This document shows positions 14,691 to 28,061 of a DNA stretch of 64,000 bases, one piece after another. Each line of letters opens with the position of its first letter. Position 1 is the stretch's first letter. The translations under genes and the position numbers were made by a program. The DNA comes from Nageia nagi (taxonomy: Eukaryota; Plantae; Pinophyta), in assembly GCA_050084985.1 (NCBI GenBank), contig JBITNC010000001.1, positions 145,762,001 through 145,826,000 on the forward strand. Direction: 5' to 3'. The notes under the pieces are model-generated. The model saw only the letters and a list, made by a program, of their open reading frames with translations. It searched no databases and was not told the origin of the DNA.

Positions 14691-15169
14691 GACATAAAAA
14701 GAAAATTCTTATCCTCTTACAAGATAAATATTATGAACTATTGTTCATTACATATTCCTTGCAATTAAGGATGTCATTTACTTTAATCCTTCTTTCTTGA
14801 AAATCAAACTATTGTTTATTTCTCAAAAACTATCCTTTTATGCTTAGATTTGTCTTATCAACATAAAGCATGGGAGTGAAATAAGGTTTTATTTTTTAAT
14901 ATCATGGGCTAGTATTAAAGCACTTTCATGGGTGATAAAGCTTATGTGGATAGGACTTGGATATTTTTGAAAATGTGAGCAAGAAATTCAAAGTTTGTGA
15001 ATAATTTGAAGTCAATGAGGGCCTCTATTGTGAATTCAGAGGTAATATGAAACCTCATTGCATACTTTCTTTTTGTTTTGGTCTCTACTAAAGGAGACTA
15101 CTTTCAACATTATTTTAGCATTTTTATTTTCAAATTTCTATTTTTTTATTGAAATCAACAAATTAAATT

Positions 15170-18100
15170 AAAATGGAAAGTATAATATTATTGATGGGAT
15201 TAACATCAATGGATGACTACAAAACAATATCATGCATATGATGAGAGAGTAGCCAATGAGATAGACATGGGAAAATATCCATGTCCATGTAAACATTATC
15301 TACATGGAAAGGTTAAAAAAGTAAATGTGATTTATAAACATATGATAAGATATGGGCATAGTGGTATAAGCCCCTAGGATCATAACTATTATTAAGATAT
15401 GATAGAATTGTAGACTATGAGAGATGAAGAGGCAACAAACATAGATGAAGTGGAAATAAACATAAATGAATAGGAAAAAAATGTTTGAAAAAGTTGATTA
15501 AATATTGAATGAGGTTCTAAACAATGATTGGTCCAAGTCAATGGAGGATGCTTTAAAGCTTGCATATGCTAATTGCAAGTTAAGTTATTTGACAACAATC
15601 CTTCAAATTATTCACTTGCAAGTGGTGCATGGTTGGAAAAATGAGAGCATTGATTAGTTATTGGTATTATTAAGTTCATTGCTACTAGCTAACTCTATAT
15701 TACCAACAAAACAAAGTCAATTTAAAAAGAAAATCAATAAGCTAAGTTTGGGGTATTAAATCATCTACACATGTGTGAATGGTTGTGTATTATTTCCCAA
15801 AGATATTGCAAATAAAGGTGAATATCCAAAATGTCATGAAGTGTGGTATAAACAAGTGTTAAAATTAGTTGTGATTCCTAGAAAGGTTCCTTAGCACTTT
15901 CCAATAATCCCATGATTACTTCAAATGTATAGGTGTAGAGACATTGTTGAACTTATGTAGTGGCATGCCCAAAGTAAGAGCATTGATGGAAAATAATGAC
16001 ATGTGTCAGATTCTAATATGTGGATGAAATTTGATAATAGATGGCCTATTTTTCTCATGATCCTCACAATATAAGGTTGGATTTGGCTCTAGTTGAGGTG
16101 AAACTATTTTCAAATCAAAGTACTAAATGTTCAACTTGGCTAGCATTTTTAATAAATTATAACTTACCTCCATGGTTAGAAATTAAACCATTTTTCTTAA
16201 TTATATCATGAAAGAAAAGTGTGACTTTAGATACAATAGATGATTATCTAGAGCCATTATATGATGAGCTAATGGAATTATGGAAAGGAGTTGAGGCAAT
16301 TCAATATTGAAGGGATTGTTATGCAATCAAATTCACTTTAAGAGCTTTCTTATTATTTATAATTCATGATCTTATTGCATATGGCACATTATCTACTCTC
16401 TTTGTTCATGGATACTATGAATTTCCTACTTGCAACTTTTATTATTTTGTGAGACACTCAAGAAGTTTGCATAAGTGAGTTTATTATGGGCATCATGCTT
16501 ACCTTAAAATGGATCATCAGTATCATTAATAGAAAACACTTTTCAGTAGTTAAGAAGAGAATCATGAAGCACCATTTCTAAAAATAGGTGATTACATTAT
16601 TGACAATGTACCAAAAAAAGTAATTTATTGAAAATGATGGGATTGTTGGTAGTAGATATGATCTAGGTAATGAAAGTTATGTTAAATAGTTGTGCATATT
16701 ATATTAGTTTAAAATACTTTAAGGATATAACCATTAAGCATATTGTTGAATTTATGCATACTAAGAAAAATATGGCTTATTCTATCATAGAAACTCTTTT
16801 TGGTGCATTTGATACTATTTCATCATGTGAAAGCTTTCGAGAAATATAGAGTCATCAAAATCTTTGGGTTAAAAAATGTGATAATGAAAAATATAGAAAA
16901 CCTAGTGTTCCTTATGTTTGGATAAAGGAACAATGTACACAATTATTACACTTGATGCCTCAAACTTGCTTTCCTACTAAATATGTTAGTAGCAACATTA
17001 GAAGCCAAAGTGACATTAATAGCTTAAGAGGCCTCAACACCCATGACTATCATATCATAACAAAAAATATTTTACCTATTATGGTAAATATATCATGTTT
17101 GAAAAAGGGTTCAAGATTGGCAATTATAAGGTTGGATGTAATATTAAAGAGAATGAGTTTACATGTATTGGATCCTTTGAAATTTACTAGTTTGAGGGAG
17201 GAGGTTGTTGAAGTCCTCTATCTATTGAAATGAGAATTTCTACTAGCAATCTTTAACATTTCTATGCATCTTTTGGTACATATAGAATATGAATTGGAGT
17301 ATTATGTACCACTAAGAATGAGATGGATGTATCCTATAGAAAGATATATGAAGGTTTTAAAAAACATTTTCCATACTAGGGAAAAACTAGAAGGCACCAT
17401 GTACAAGGGATATTCAATGCAAGAGGCCATGCAGTTTTGCACATAATATATGAAGGATTTTAAAAATGTTAATTGATATGTATGGAATGATGATAAAGAT
17501 GAGAGAGTTGTAGGTGAAGTATTAGAATAAAAAGTATATCACTTCAAGCTATCATGTCAAGAAAGAAGTGAAATACATGCATTTATTCTTCAAAATAGAT
17601 CTTCATTTGATAAGTGGTGAAGGTAAAAAAAATTACACAATATTTTATTTACTCAATTGCATTTACACATTTATAATCTTAATCATACTATTTATACATC
17701 ATTATTCTATGTAAAAAATATGAAGAAGAGAATCAAACTTTGATGCAACATCAACCTCAAAAGCATAGATGTCATGATTTGATTAGAGGTGAATTGTTTC
17801 TAAAATTTGAAGGATAGGTTGCTAATGTAATTATTCATACAAAAGAAGGTCAAGATATAACAAAAGAGGAAAGTGAGCTTTCACATTCTCCACATGTATG
17901 GGCTACACATTTTAGTAGAATGTTGACATATAGTAGTCATTTAAGAGTGTAAGAAAATGACAAAGGAAAGATAAATTATTATTGTAGTGCTGAACTTTTG
18001 CATGAAATTGAGAAGAGATTTTATGTTAGATTCATTCAAGAAATTATTCAAGTGGATTTTGGTGAAAATAATCCTATATTATTAAAATGTAAGTGGATCC

Positions 18101-18500
18101 GACCATCTGGAGTACAAATTGATGAGTACGGATTTGTACATACAAATACATGATATTTTCTATCAGATTAAAATGAGCTATATGTTTTCCCTCTTCAAAT
18201 TAACTAGTCATTTCTAATTGATCATGTGAGAAGCCTAGGTTGGTCATATGTCATTCAAATAGAGTCTTATTTGAAATGAAAATTCATGGAAGTTATTGAT
18301 GTAATGCATGATGGGAAATATTTTAATTTACAAGAAACATTTGAAGAAGTGGATGAAGATAATGAGGGACTATTTGAATAAGGGATTGTTAGAGGGAATA
18401 CATTGTATATCACAAATGATGCCAAGAAATAAAATCAAACAAAGGCAGACACAACTAATCAAGATTCCTAGCAAAATTGCTAGACACATGATATTTCTAT
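15170..18500 (+). pseudogene. Decayed CACTA/En-Spm TnpD-like transposase (transposase-associated domain, Transposase_21, DUF4218, DUF4216)
   Basis: Motifs in canonical order: KYPCPCK; IYTCVNGCVLF; PRKVP*HFPIIP; HVSDSNMWMKFD; DPHNIRLDLA; STWLAFLINYNLPPW; IDDYLEPLYDELMELW; LRAFLLFIIHD; GLNTHDYH; MHLLVH...RWMYPIERYMKVLK; LLKCKW. Many stops. Confidence 0.95.
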
Positions 18501-18969
18501 TTGAGATAGATACGCAAGTGAAATAAATAAAATATGGAAATGTTTAGCACATGTAATATGATATTCACTAGATAAAATAATATGATTATCATATACATTT
18601 TTCCCATGTTATATAGTTTAATATCGGATGTGCTTCTGAAAGTTTCACTACATATCATTAATGTTGTTTTTATATCCTTTCTAAAACTTTTATTCATTTC
18701 ATAATTATAAAAATATTTTTTGTTGATCCAATTAGAAGAAATGACCTAATATTGAAGTCATGTGTGTTATAATACCAAAAGAAAAGCTTTGTTGACGAAA
18801 CCTATGCAAAAGAATGTATTGTATACTACAGTTGGTAATAAATAAAGTCATGAAATGTTCTTTTAGATTTTTTTAGATTTGATGATTGTAAATTTTATTT
18901 TTTCTACATTTAATTGTTAAACCAAAAATATTACAAAATGTATGAATTGCTATTTAGGTTATGCTGTTA

Positions 18970-19550
18970 TAGGGTTGGTTCCCAAATACTTCATCAAATC
19001 AATGACTTTAAGGGCATCCTTGTTGTGGCCATTCTCCTCCAATCATTATAGTCCATGAAATCATGTCTGCATCATGCATCTCATCAAACAATTAGTAGGC
19101 CTTGAGTATTCTTTAGCATTTTGCATACATGTATATTATGGTATTCACAACCATAAAATTTGATGAAAAATCATTTTCAACTACTCTTTGATGGATGTCC
19201 ACATGCTCTTCTAGAACTCTAATGGTGCACAAGCTAGAAGAATGCTAGAAGAGGTGACAGTTTGGTTTTACACCAAACAACTACATCTGCTTGAGCATCT
19301 TCAGAGCCTTTTTAGAGAATCCATTTTTATGCATACCTTGCAATCTTATAGTCCATGAAACTATGGTTGCATCACCACATTTTGCATACATGTCTATCAG
19401 GGTAGTCACAACCATAATATTTGATGAAAAACCATTTTTAACTACTCTTTGATGGATGTCCATAGCTTTTTGTAGATCTCCCATGGTGGTACATGGTAAA
19501 ATAATGTTGGAAAAGGTTACATAAGTTGGTTTTACACTTGGGAAACTAGT
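18970..19550 (-). pseudogene. PLS-class PPR gene fragment, paralogous to 14355-14690
   Basis: ORF 19281-19484 reads MGDLQKAMDIHQRVVKNGFSSNIMVVTTLIDMYAKCG...SW...GFSKKALKMLKQM, followed by a second repeat unit. The GGTTGGTTCCCAA end is shared with about 14355. Confidence 0.9.
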
Positions 19551-20231
19551 GCTTAAAAGAGGCTATAAATCTTCCTTAGAGGGTTTTTGTAGGAGCAAGA
19601 GAAGAAGAAGAGTGGTGGAGAGAAGAAAAAAATGGTGTCTATAGGGCTTCTAGTATGAGAAATCATGATCGCTAATAAAGTAAGCCCAAATTACAATATT
19701 CATTCATGTATATAATTTTATCATTGCATGCCATGAGGTTGTATTACTAAAAATTTCATATGGATTTGGTTTCTGGATTGCATTTATATTGTAATCGAAT
19801 CATGTATTCACAGATGTAAAATAGATGGCCATGAATTTGCTTTATTTTCTCCTTTTTACTTTGAAGGCAAAGGACTTTTTTTTGCTTGCATTTGTAGAAT
19901 CATCCAGTCTCATAGTTACCCAAAATAAAATGCCAATCTCCATATTGACATAAATGTCACTTTCATACAATGTTGTGAAGATAGATGGTTGAAACATAGA
20001 ATGTGTATTTTATTTATTACAACACAATTACACACTATTCTTTGTGTAAATAATCATGTCTCAATAGCATTGGATTAACATAATGCATAACAAACCTATC
20101 CACATGAATGTTAATTATGAAAATTTCATCAAATACATGATTGTAGTATTAGAGAGACACCAATTTATGGAATATAAAATACATATGGAGATACAAATGA
20201 AGGGGCACATAAGAGAGAACATAGAAATAGA

Positions 20232-22450
20232 GGATTAAAACTAAAGTATGCAAACTTAACCAGAGTTCTTCAAGCATGTGTCATCATGAAAGCTTCAAAG
20301 AACATTTAAAATTCCATCAAAGAGTAATTGATAATGGTTTGTCATTGTTTCGTGCATATCGTGCGATCATTGCATTACATGAGTATGCATTTCATTTGAA
20401 GACATTTACCAAACAATTCCAGGCCCTATGTTTTCTTTCTTCTTTCTCATACATATTTGTAAGGGAATTAACAACCATAATATTCGGTGAGAAACCACTA
20501 TCACTTACCTCCTCCTAGAATTCCCACGATGGTATATTGCTTCTGCTTAAAAGTCACTTGCGCCTTCTTTGAAAATGCAATTGAGTAATCATCCTACGAT
20601 CATATCAGTCCATGAAGCCGTATTTGCATCATGCATTTTTTCAAACAATTCTCAGACCTTATGTAGTCTTCTTCATTTCGCATACATGTCTGTCTAGGCA
20701 TTCACAACCATAGTATTTGATAAAAAATCATTTTCAACTGCTCATTGATGGGTATTCATACCTTTTAGAACTCCCATGGTGTACAGTGGATTCATACTAG
20801 CAAATGTTACAAAGTTTAGCTTTACATCTGTCACTTGCATTTGCTTAAAAGTCTGCACGACTTTAATAATCAATCACTACAACATTTAAATTTGGAATAT
20901 ATTCAAGGTAGGGCTGATTCAGAGTTTTTTCTTATGAAACTATCAATGGTTTCATTTAATAATTTATATTAAATAAATAGTTTGTAATATTAAGAAAATT
21001 AGTAAAGGATACAATAAATAGTTTGTAGGCACCACAAGCCATATGATGTTAAATAATATGACATGAAATGGTGATACGATTAAACTGTATTTTCTAAGAA
21101 ACCTTGAGATCCTCTAAACCATGTACATATGCTTTGACCATTATATTCCATGAGGTTGTATCTTTCTAATATACGTGCCTAGTCTAAGGATATCCTGTTA
21201 TCACTATAGACCATGAGACGTTGTCTCTCTGCTGAACTAATTTTATCTTCAAGAACTATTGCAAAATATATTATTGAGGGATGCAAACCACTCCCATCAT
21301 TTCAACACAGCAAATATTTTTGAAGAAATAGGTAATGCTAGATCCAGAGAATCTCAAATAATGATATGATGCATGCTTTCAGTAAAGAATTGAGAATCTA
21401 TGATCATCATACATTAAATATCATATCACAAACTATACAGTAGACATATCATTCTTCTGGTGTGCATATTTGGAGCATACATGGAAATCATAATTCTTAC
21501 TATTGACTTAAATAGTTTTCATCATAGGACTAACATATATGACTATCATGGTTATGAGCATTACACTATTACCTTTCTGCATCTTGCTAAGAGCATAATG
21601 CTAAATGAAGTTGCTGAGGGGATAGGGACTAAAAATATTTTAGAAGCAAGAGTATCTGTCACTGCTTATCCCTAGATTCAATCATTATACATGCATTGCT
21701 GTTCAAACTTGACCATAAAGATTGTATTCAATTATTTGCATGACCAAGTAAAGAATAGGGAATTCCTTTAAATATTTCCTCGAACATCATTCTATTGCAA
21801 TCTTACTTGACAACCCTGATCATACTACTGTTGGTACATTTACATTCATTTTATCATATCAATCACGAGTAACACATCATAATATCTGTATCATTTTAGG
21901 ATGCATCATATGAAGAGTAATCATTTGGATTTCTATTAATTTGTAATGTGAGGTTGGAAATATCCCTTAAGACGCGAGAGAAGGTCAATTTCAAGTGATG
22001 GCTTCTATAAGGGAATATAAGGTAAATATGATTTTCGATACATGGAGTCTCACTTTATATTTCGTGAGATGGTTCTGTAGTGACATTCATAGCATAATCA
22101 CTACCATTATAAACTGACATACTAATATTATCTTACAACAGTAAAGGAACTTGAGAAAGTATGATACATATTCTTGAATATTATGATGGAATAATCCTCT
22201 AAACCCAAATGGTGACTTCAAATGGTGGATTCAAAAGGATGGAAAACTTACGTTATTAAATAGGTTTTCTAATTCTACAGTGTACAGATACATGAATCAA
22301 ATCGTGAGCAAGGATAAAGAAATTGTCATACATGTATTGATCCTTTTTGCACTATTTTGCATTTTTAGTTCAAGTAGAATTTATCTTCTTGCAAGCACAT
22401 CATGAGGAACTTGAGCTGTTGAATAATGAAGATCATTTTAAGAGTTGTAA
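20232..22450. pseudogene. Patchwork of PPR-derived fragments on both strands, CpG-retaining
   Basis: Plus strand 20232-20340: GLKLKYANLTRVLQAC / FHQRVIDNG. Minus strand 20340-20865: FKQMQVTDVKLNFVTFAS, VVNA*TDMYAK, ELFEKMHDANTASW, VVNSLTNMY, NAYSCNAMIARYARN. Short minus-strand pieces KDTTSWNIMV and QRDNVSW at 21110-21235. Weaker pieces continue to about 22450. Confidence 0.75.
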
Positions 22451-22989
22451 ATGAGGGATTGTTTATTAAGGAATCGTAAGAGGATCAGTCCATAGGGGCA
22501 ATGTAAAAAATTAAAAAATCTAATGGAAGGGATCCATCATTTGATAGTGGATGTACCCTGCACCGAGGGGAACCACTATATTTTTTTGTGTTTGACCTTT
22601 TTTTATTTTTTTTATTTTTATTGAATGTTCTTTTGTTCAGTTTTATTCTACAGTCATAATATTGAGTTAATTAATTACACATATGGTACTCTTATCTTAC
22701 TATAAGAATGAAAGATTTTATTTATTTTTTTAATTTTAAGAACATATAATGTTTATTTGTAGTAAAGAAATCTGAAATTTTGCGCATATTAATTCTATTG
22801 TATAGTTTTAAATCTTTAAATATGAACTATGTGAAATTATGATTTCTTATATATATGTCATTGTACTTGCTATTTTTACATGAAGAATATTAAGATCTCT
22901 TGATAAAATTGGTAGATTTATAGCAAGATGTATTTTGGTGATGACTATGTAAAGTCTTGAGATCTCTCAGTTTAGTTGAATGTAATTGA

Positions 22990-23250
22990 TAATCCACCTT
23001 GTCAAATAATTTGTGTACTTTTTCTATGATTTCACATTTTGCATACATGTTTATCAAGGCATTCACAACAACATCTGACAAAAATATGCTTTTAAAGAGT
23101 CTTTGATGTATGTATAAATCCTGTTGCAAATCACCCAGTTGGGTGCATGTTGGTATTTGTTGCATTTGATGAGACAATATCAATGCATATCAAGGAAAGC
23201 CATGCTTTCTTAACTTGAAAATATCATAATCCATGAGAAGACATCTAGTC
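22990..23250 (-). pseudogene. PPR gene fragment
   Basis: ORF 22890-23183 contains CTQLGDLQQDLYIHQRLFKSIFLSDVVVNALINMYAKCEIIEKVHKLFDKV. Confidence 0.85.
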
Positions 23251-23384
23251 TCATATAGTAAAAAATTTAATGGTCCTTCCACCATGGGAGAACATAAGTA
23301 TGTGGGGGAGCTATAGAAGAAGAAGCAATTGGATGAGATGAAGTTTTTGTAGAGAGTGAGGTGCTAAGAGTATCATAAACTACT

Positions 23385-23562
23385 GGGGATTGTTAGAGTC
23401 AAAAGTATTTTCAATTAATCTTTGTTTATCATACCCACAAGACTATCCATAATGATCCAAGAATCAACTAGATGGGAATTGTTAGGGTCATAAGTATTTT
23501 GAATTAATCTTTGTTGATCAAACCCATAATATTATCTCTAATGATCCTAGAATCAACTCTAT
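23385..23562. repeat. Two-copy tandem duplication, unit about 89 bp
   Basis: GG.ATTGTTAG.GTCA.AAGTATTTT.AATTAATCTTTGTT.ATCA.ACCCA...TAATGATCC.AGAATCAACT appears twice in a row. Confidence 0.8.
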
Positions 23563-24399
23563 ATGCAACCATATTCACCATCATAAGGGACTTTAAGGGC
23601 TAACATCTTTTGGGAAGAAATACTAAGGTTTCTGAGGAAGTGGCTACTTCGAATAGTTCTTTAGAAAGTTAGTTGTAACTTACCTCCAATCAAAATTGAA
23701 TATTTTAGTCAAAGGGATTTTCTTCATGGTTTAGAAAATATGGATGTTATGATTGTTATTTAGTGGAAGAAATTATACATATGGAAGTGTGCAATTGAGA
23801 AACATTTAGCCTACAAATATTTACTAGGTGTTCTAACATCCCTTCTTCCATTCTTTATAGCTCCTTAATAGTGTTATAGTTTACAAGTTCTTTATTAATT
23901 CAATTTCCTTTAAATATAATCATCCATCACTGATTTACTATAGTCTCATGTCTTATAATATTGGATCCTTATGAATTACCAGCAACGTAATATATCAAAA
24001 CTAGAAAACCTCGATGGTCAACAAAAATCTAATATTATTATCATGAACATCCACCATTAATATTTAATCAAATTGTATGTTCTTAGAATTATTTTTATAG
24101 AATTCCATTTACACTTTTAACTACATTCATGATCCCATTATTGCAACATAAGGGAGAGTTTATTGTATTTGTATTGTAATGTAAACAATAATTCATACAT
24201 TAGTTCCATAAATCATTTTCAAAATATTCAGTTTGATAATGAGCATGATACTTTTATAAGATATGGTGACATTGGTTTGTATTTCCTATAAAACTCTTGC
24301 CTTATGTAATAAATTTGAGTTGGACTCGTTTATAATTACTTCAGCTTGTAGTTGGACTCATTTCTCACTTGATGATGTACATTACTAAATCTATTTATT

Positions 24400-27120
24400 C
24401 TAGATAATTTAGGAAATATTTTGATATTATAGAATACAAAGGAAAATATATTTTCTTAACTACCTAAAAATGAAGAACTTGTTCCTGGTTGAGATATAAA
24501 TGATGAGTTATATTGATTTTCTTTTCAAGGAGTTGAGGATCACTTACCTTTTGAGTTGTTTGGAGGTATGAAAAAGGGAGTAGCATTACCTTAGGTAATT
24601 ATATCTAATGATTCACTCAATGCAACTGAACCTAAAGTATGTTGCTCAATCTATGTCTTTGGTGCTTGATACTTTTATTTTATTGAAATTTATTCTACAC
24701 TTTGGATTATTTATTATATGTTGTGATGTGTTTGGTATAAATAATTATATTTTGATATAAAATAAATATCTTTTAGGATTTAGTTGTATAAGTACAAAAT
24801 AAGAATTCAACAAAAATTTGGTTTTTTAGAGCCTCTGTACAATGCATGCAATTTCTATTACATTTAATTCTCTCAGAATCAAGTTGCTAATTTATTCATT
24901 CTTATTTTTTTGAACATTAGGAAATGGGGAGAAAAAATTTAAGTTACAAATTAGATGATAGTGATTGTAATGCTAAAATTCCAATGACATATTATGAACG
25001 CTTTCCTAAAGAATGCATGGCCTTGAATAATGAATATTTATCACATCTTGGTTTGTCAAAGTGGCAAGTTGTAAATATGCAATGTAGTTTATTATTTGTT
25101 TAATACTATTGAATGAAATTTTATAAGCAAAATATTTATGTATATATAACATGATATGATTTTTCTTATTTTACATGAAAGAAAAAAATCATACAAAAAA
25201 TGAAGAGAAAAAATATGTAAGTGATGAAAAAGATAGTGCTTTCAATTCATACAAGCTAACGTTTGTGTGATCCAACAAATGTAGTTGGTGAAAAAGGTAG
25301 TTACGATGATATGTAAGCTAATATAGCACATGATGATATTCAAACTGATATACCACTTAGTGATGTGCAACCTAATATAACACATGGTAATGTGTAGCAT
25401 AATGAAATTCTTAAATAGAGTTCACTTGCATCTGATGTACCTCAGAATGCTCCTATTCCTAGTGGTTCAATAGAAGATGTATCCACTTTTGTTAAAATAA
25501 AGAAATTGAGTCAAAATTTATATAGATCTATAGAGAGGTAAGCAAGAGAAATAGTATTAGAAAAGAATAAGCCATTCATGGTTGAGGTATGATTGAGGTA
25601 TCAAGAGATGGTGAACCTATTGGGAAAAATGCTGAAAGGTGGGCCTCCAAGTTGGGTGCAAGATATAGTGTTCATTTGGATATTTGCAGGTTAATTTTTG
25701 TAGAGCAAGATCCATAACAAATGAAATATGTTATACAAAAAAACAAAATACCTTCAACACCATTAGTGAAAAAATCTCTAGGAATATTACAAGAAGAAGA
25801 TGAGACTTTTGATGAACAATTTTAGATACAATTGTATAAAATCAATCATGGAGGGAAAAAAGAGGTTAGAATCTACTCTATCTCCCATACAATGGGAGAT
25901 ATTGAAAAAAAGTATCCATTATGAAGAGTATTTGAGAAAAGTAAAAGAGAGCAAAAGAGAATGTGAGGGCTAGATATACATTTGGTCGAGGTGATTTGCA
26001 AGCCAAAATGAACAAATTTAAAGTAAGTGTATGGATTTTAAAATAGTTCAATATACATTGTGTTATTTATTTCAATTTTTTTATTCAACTGACTATGTGT
26101 TAAAATAACATTGTACTTTAGGTAGAAAATAATAATAGAGAGGCAAGTGCTGAAGATATTATCAATTATATGGTATCACTAGATCCCACTAGATCTAAGA
26201 GTAGTATGAAATGGAAATCTATTTCACAATAGAGATTTCAAAACCATATATTGAATGCCTAGTAAGAGCCATTCCAAATCATGTTAACTCAAATGTAGGC
26301 CACCAATATTTAATGATTTTTTTACATAATCTTATTGAGAAAATTTCATAGTTGACTTTCTCAATTCAGCCTATAATTGCTACATGGAATGATGATAATC
26401 CCACGAATTCAAATTAAGAGTTTTTATTGATGAGTTAAGTTTGGTTCATATTACTATATCTTTTGCATTATTAAAAGTATAATTTTATCAAGATTTATCA
26501 CTTTTAACTACATGTAGAATAATTTGATCAAAGCAACAAAAAATTAAAAACACCTTGATGCTGACAAAGATAATGCCAATATTGATAGTGATCATGAACT
26601 AGTGGAAGAGAATGTGCCACCCAATAATAGTTATGTTAAGGTAATATAATAGTTTCTAAGGAATTATATTTTACTTATGAAACTAGCAGACAATATTTGT
26701 TGATAAAGTTTGAACTAATCAAATGCGTAACAATGATCTCATAATCTTATGTTTCTGGTATGCATGCATGGTAATGATTATTTATATTTGTATCATTATC
26801 ATTTCATAACTTATTGATTTAATATGTCATTCTTTTTTCTTTATGTAGAAATGTATTGATAAACTTAAACAAGGGGATAAAGTTAAGGTATTGGATCTAT
26901 TTGATGGTGATGTTGTGGGTATTGGATGAATTCACTCTATCTTAATTATACATGGAGTCAACTTGAAACGAACAAGAGATGCAAATGCAAATATTTTAAA
27001 GGTTACAAGTAATGTACCCCTTGCTTATGAGAAAAATATAAGTGGAGCTACTCACCTAAAAGAGAAACAGGGATCCTTCACATGATGGTCACTAAAGTAT
27101 TTACAAAAAATGACTGTGTA
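24400..27120 (+). pseudogene. Decayed multi-exon CACTA second gene (TnpA-like)
   Basis: Purine-rich exon-like blocks are separated by AT-rich GT..AG intron-like blocks. EVSRDGEPIGKNAERWASKLG at about 25595-25660 resembles the GxPxG.....LG motif of CACTA ORF2. Lies directly upstream of subterminal repeats and a TAGTG end. Confidence 0.6.
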
Positions 27121-27549
27121 GTTGATCAACATATTTATTATGTACTAGTTGTTAGACATCATGACTCACCGCTTTATGTAGTAATTTTTTTTTATTATTT
27201 AGGGATTATAATTAGAGAGGTATTTTTGGAAGAGTTGGAAACTCTTATACAACTTTGATATTTTTCACTATATTTACATATACACTATTAGATATAATTG
27301 ACATATTATAATTTGATATTTCTATTTCTATTAAAAAAATTTAATTACACATTAGCTTTATTTATCATGATGTTGAATCAATCCTTTAATTTTAGCTTGT
27401 TGTATCTTGTTTGAATGTGTAATATTTTTATTTATTTTTATCTTTTTGGTTCAAGTTTAATATTATTCTATTTTTGCATTATAAAATTTATGGTATTTAA
27501 TAAATTATTTATTTCATGACTTTATTTATTAACAACTAATGGTAATCAA

Positions 27550-27930
27550 TAAATAAAAATGACTAAATTTATGACTAATGCAATGATTACATATATGGTG
27601 AATGCAATGACTAAATATACAATTAAATTAATAACTAAATATATGATTAAATTAATGACTAAATATACAACTAAATTCATGACTAAGCATATAACTAAAT
27701 AAATAAATAAATATACAACTAAATCAACAATTAAAATAATGACTAAATCAATGACTAAATATACTACTAAATTCATGACTAAATCGATGACTAAATATAC
27801 TACTAAATTTATGACTAAATATATTAATAAATCAATGAATAAATATACTTTTAAATTCATGATTAAATTAGTGACTTAATATACTACTAAATTCATGACT
27901 AAATCAATTTCCAAATAAATGACTAACATA
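27550..27930. repeat. CACTA subterminal tandem array, 12-bp unit (ATGACTAAATnn) with 24/36-bp higher order
   Basis: About 30 copies of (A/G)ACTAAAT at 12-bp spacing. Inverted copies (TAGTCA) occur at 27934-28038. Confidence 0.9.
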
Positions 27931-28029
27931 GTTTAGTCAAAAATTTGATCATGAGATAAATGATTGAAAATAAAATACTAATATTCTATGATAAAAAATA
28001 GTCATTTATATATACTTTTTAGTAGTTTA

Positions 28030-28061
28030 GTTAGTCATATATTGCTACTTTTGTACTAGTG
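28030..28061 (-). mobile_element. Right terminal inverted repeat of a CACTA element
   Basis: ...GTCATATATTGCTACTTTTGTACTAGTG, reverse complement CACTAGTACAAAAGTAGC, adjacent to the subterminal array. Confidence 0.75.

Noticed and set aside
21217-21238. miR390-like target site GACGTTGTCTCTCTGCTGAACT
   Set aside because: It needs a 2-nt bulge next to the seed plus mismatches, and is explained as the antisense of the PPR motif QRDNVSW.
21595-21700. Possible miR390/391-like hairpin (TTGCTGAGGGGATAGGGAC pairing with CTTATCCCTAG)
   Set aside because: Only about 10 bp pair, several bulges are needed, and similarity to the mature miRNAs is partial.
27546-27860. 104-aa hydrophobic ORF (LVIYLVINL repeats) that looks like a membrane protein
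   Set aside because: It is the antisense translation of the 12-bp CACTA subterminal array.
27550-27930. CRISPR-like periodicity, also at 60355-61215
   Set aside because: There are no unique spacers and no cas genes, and the context is a eukaryotic TE.
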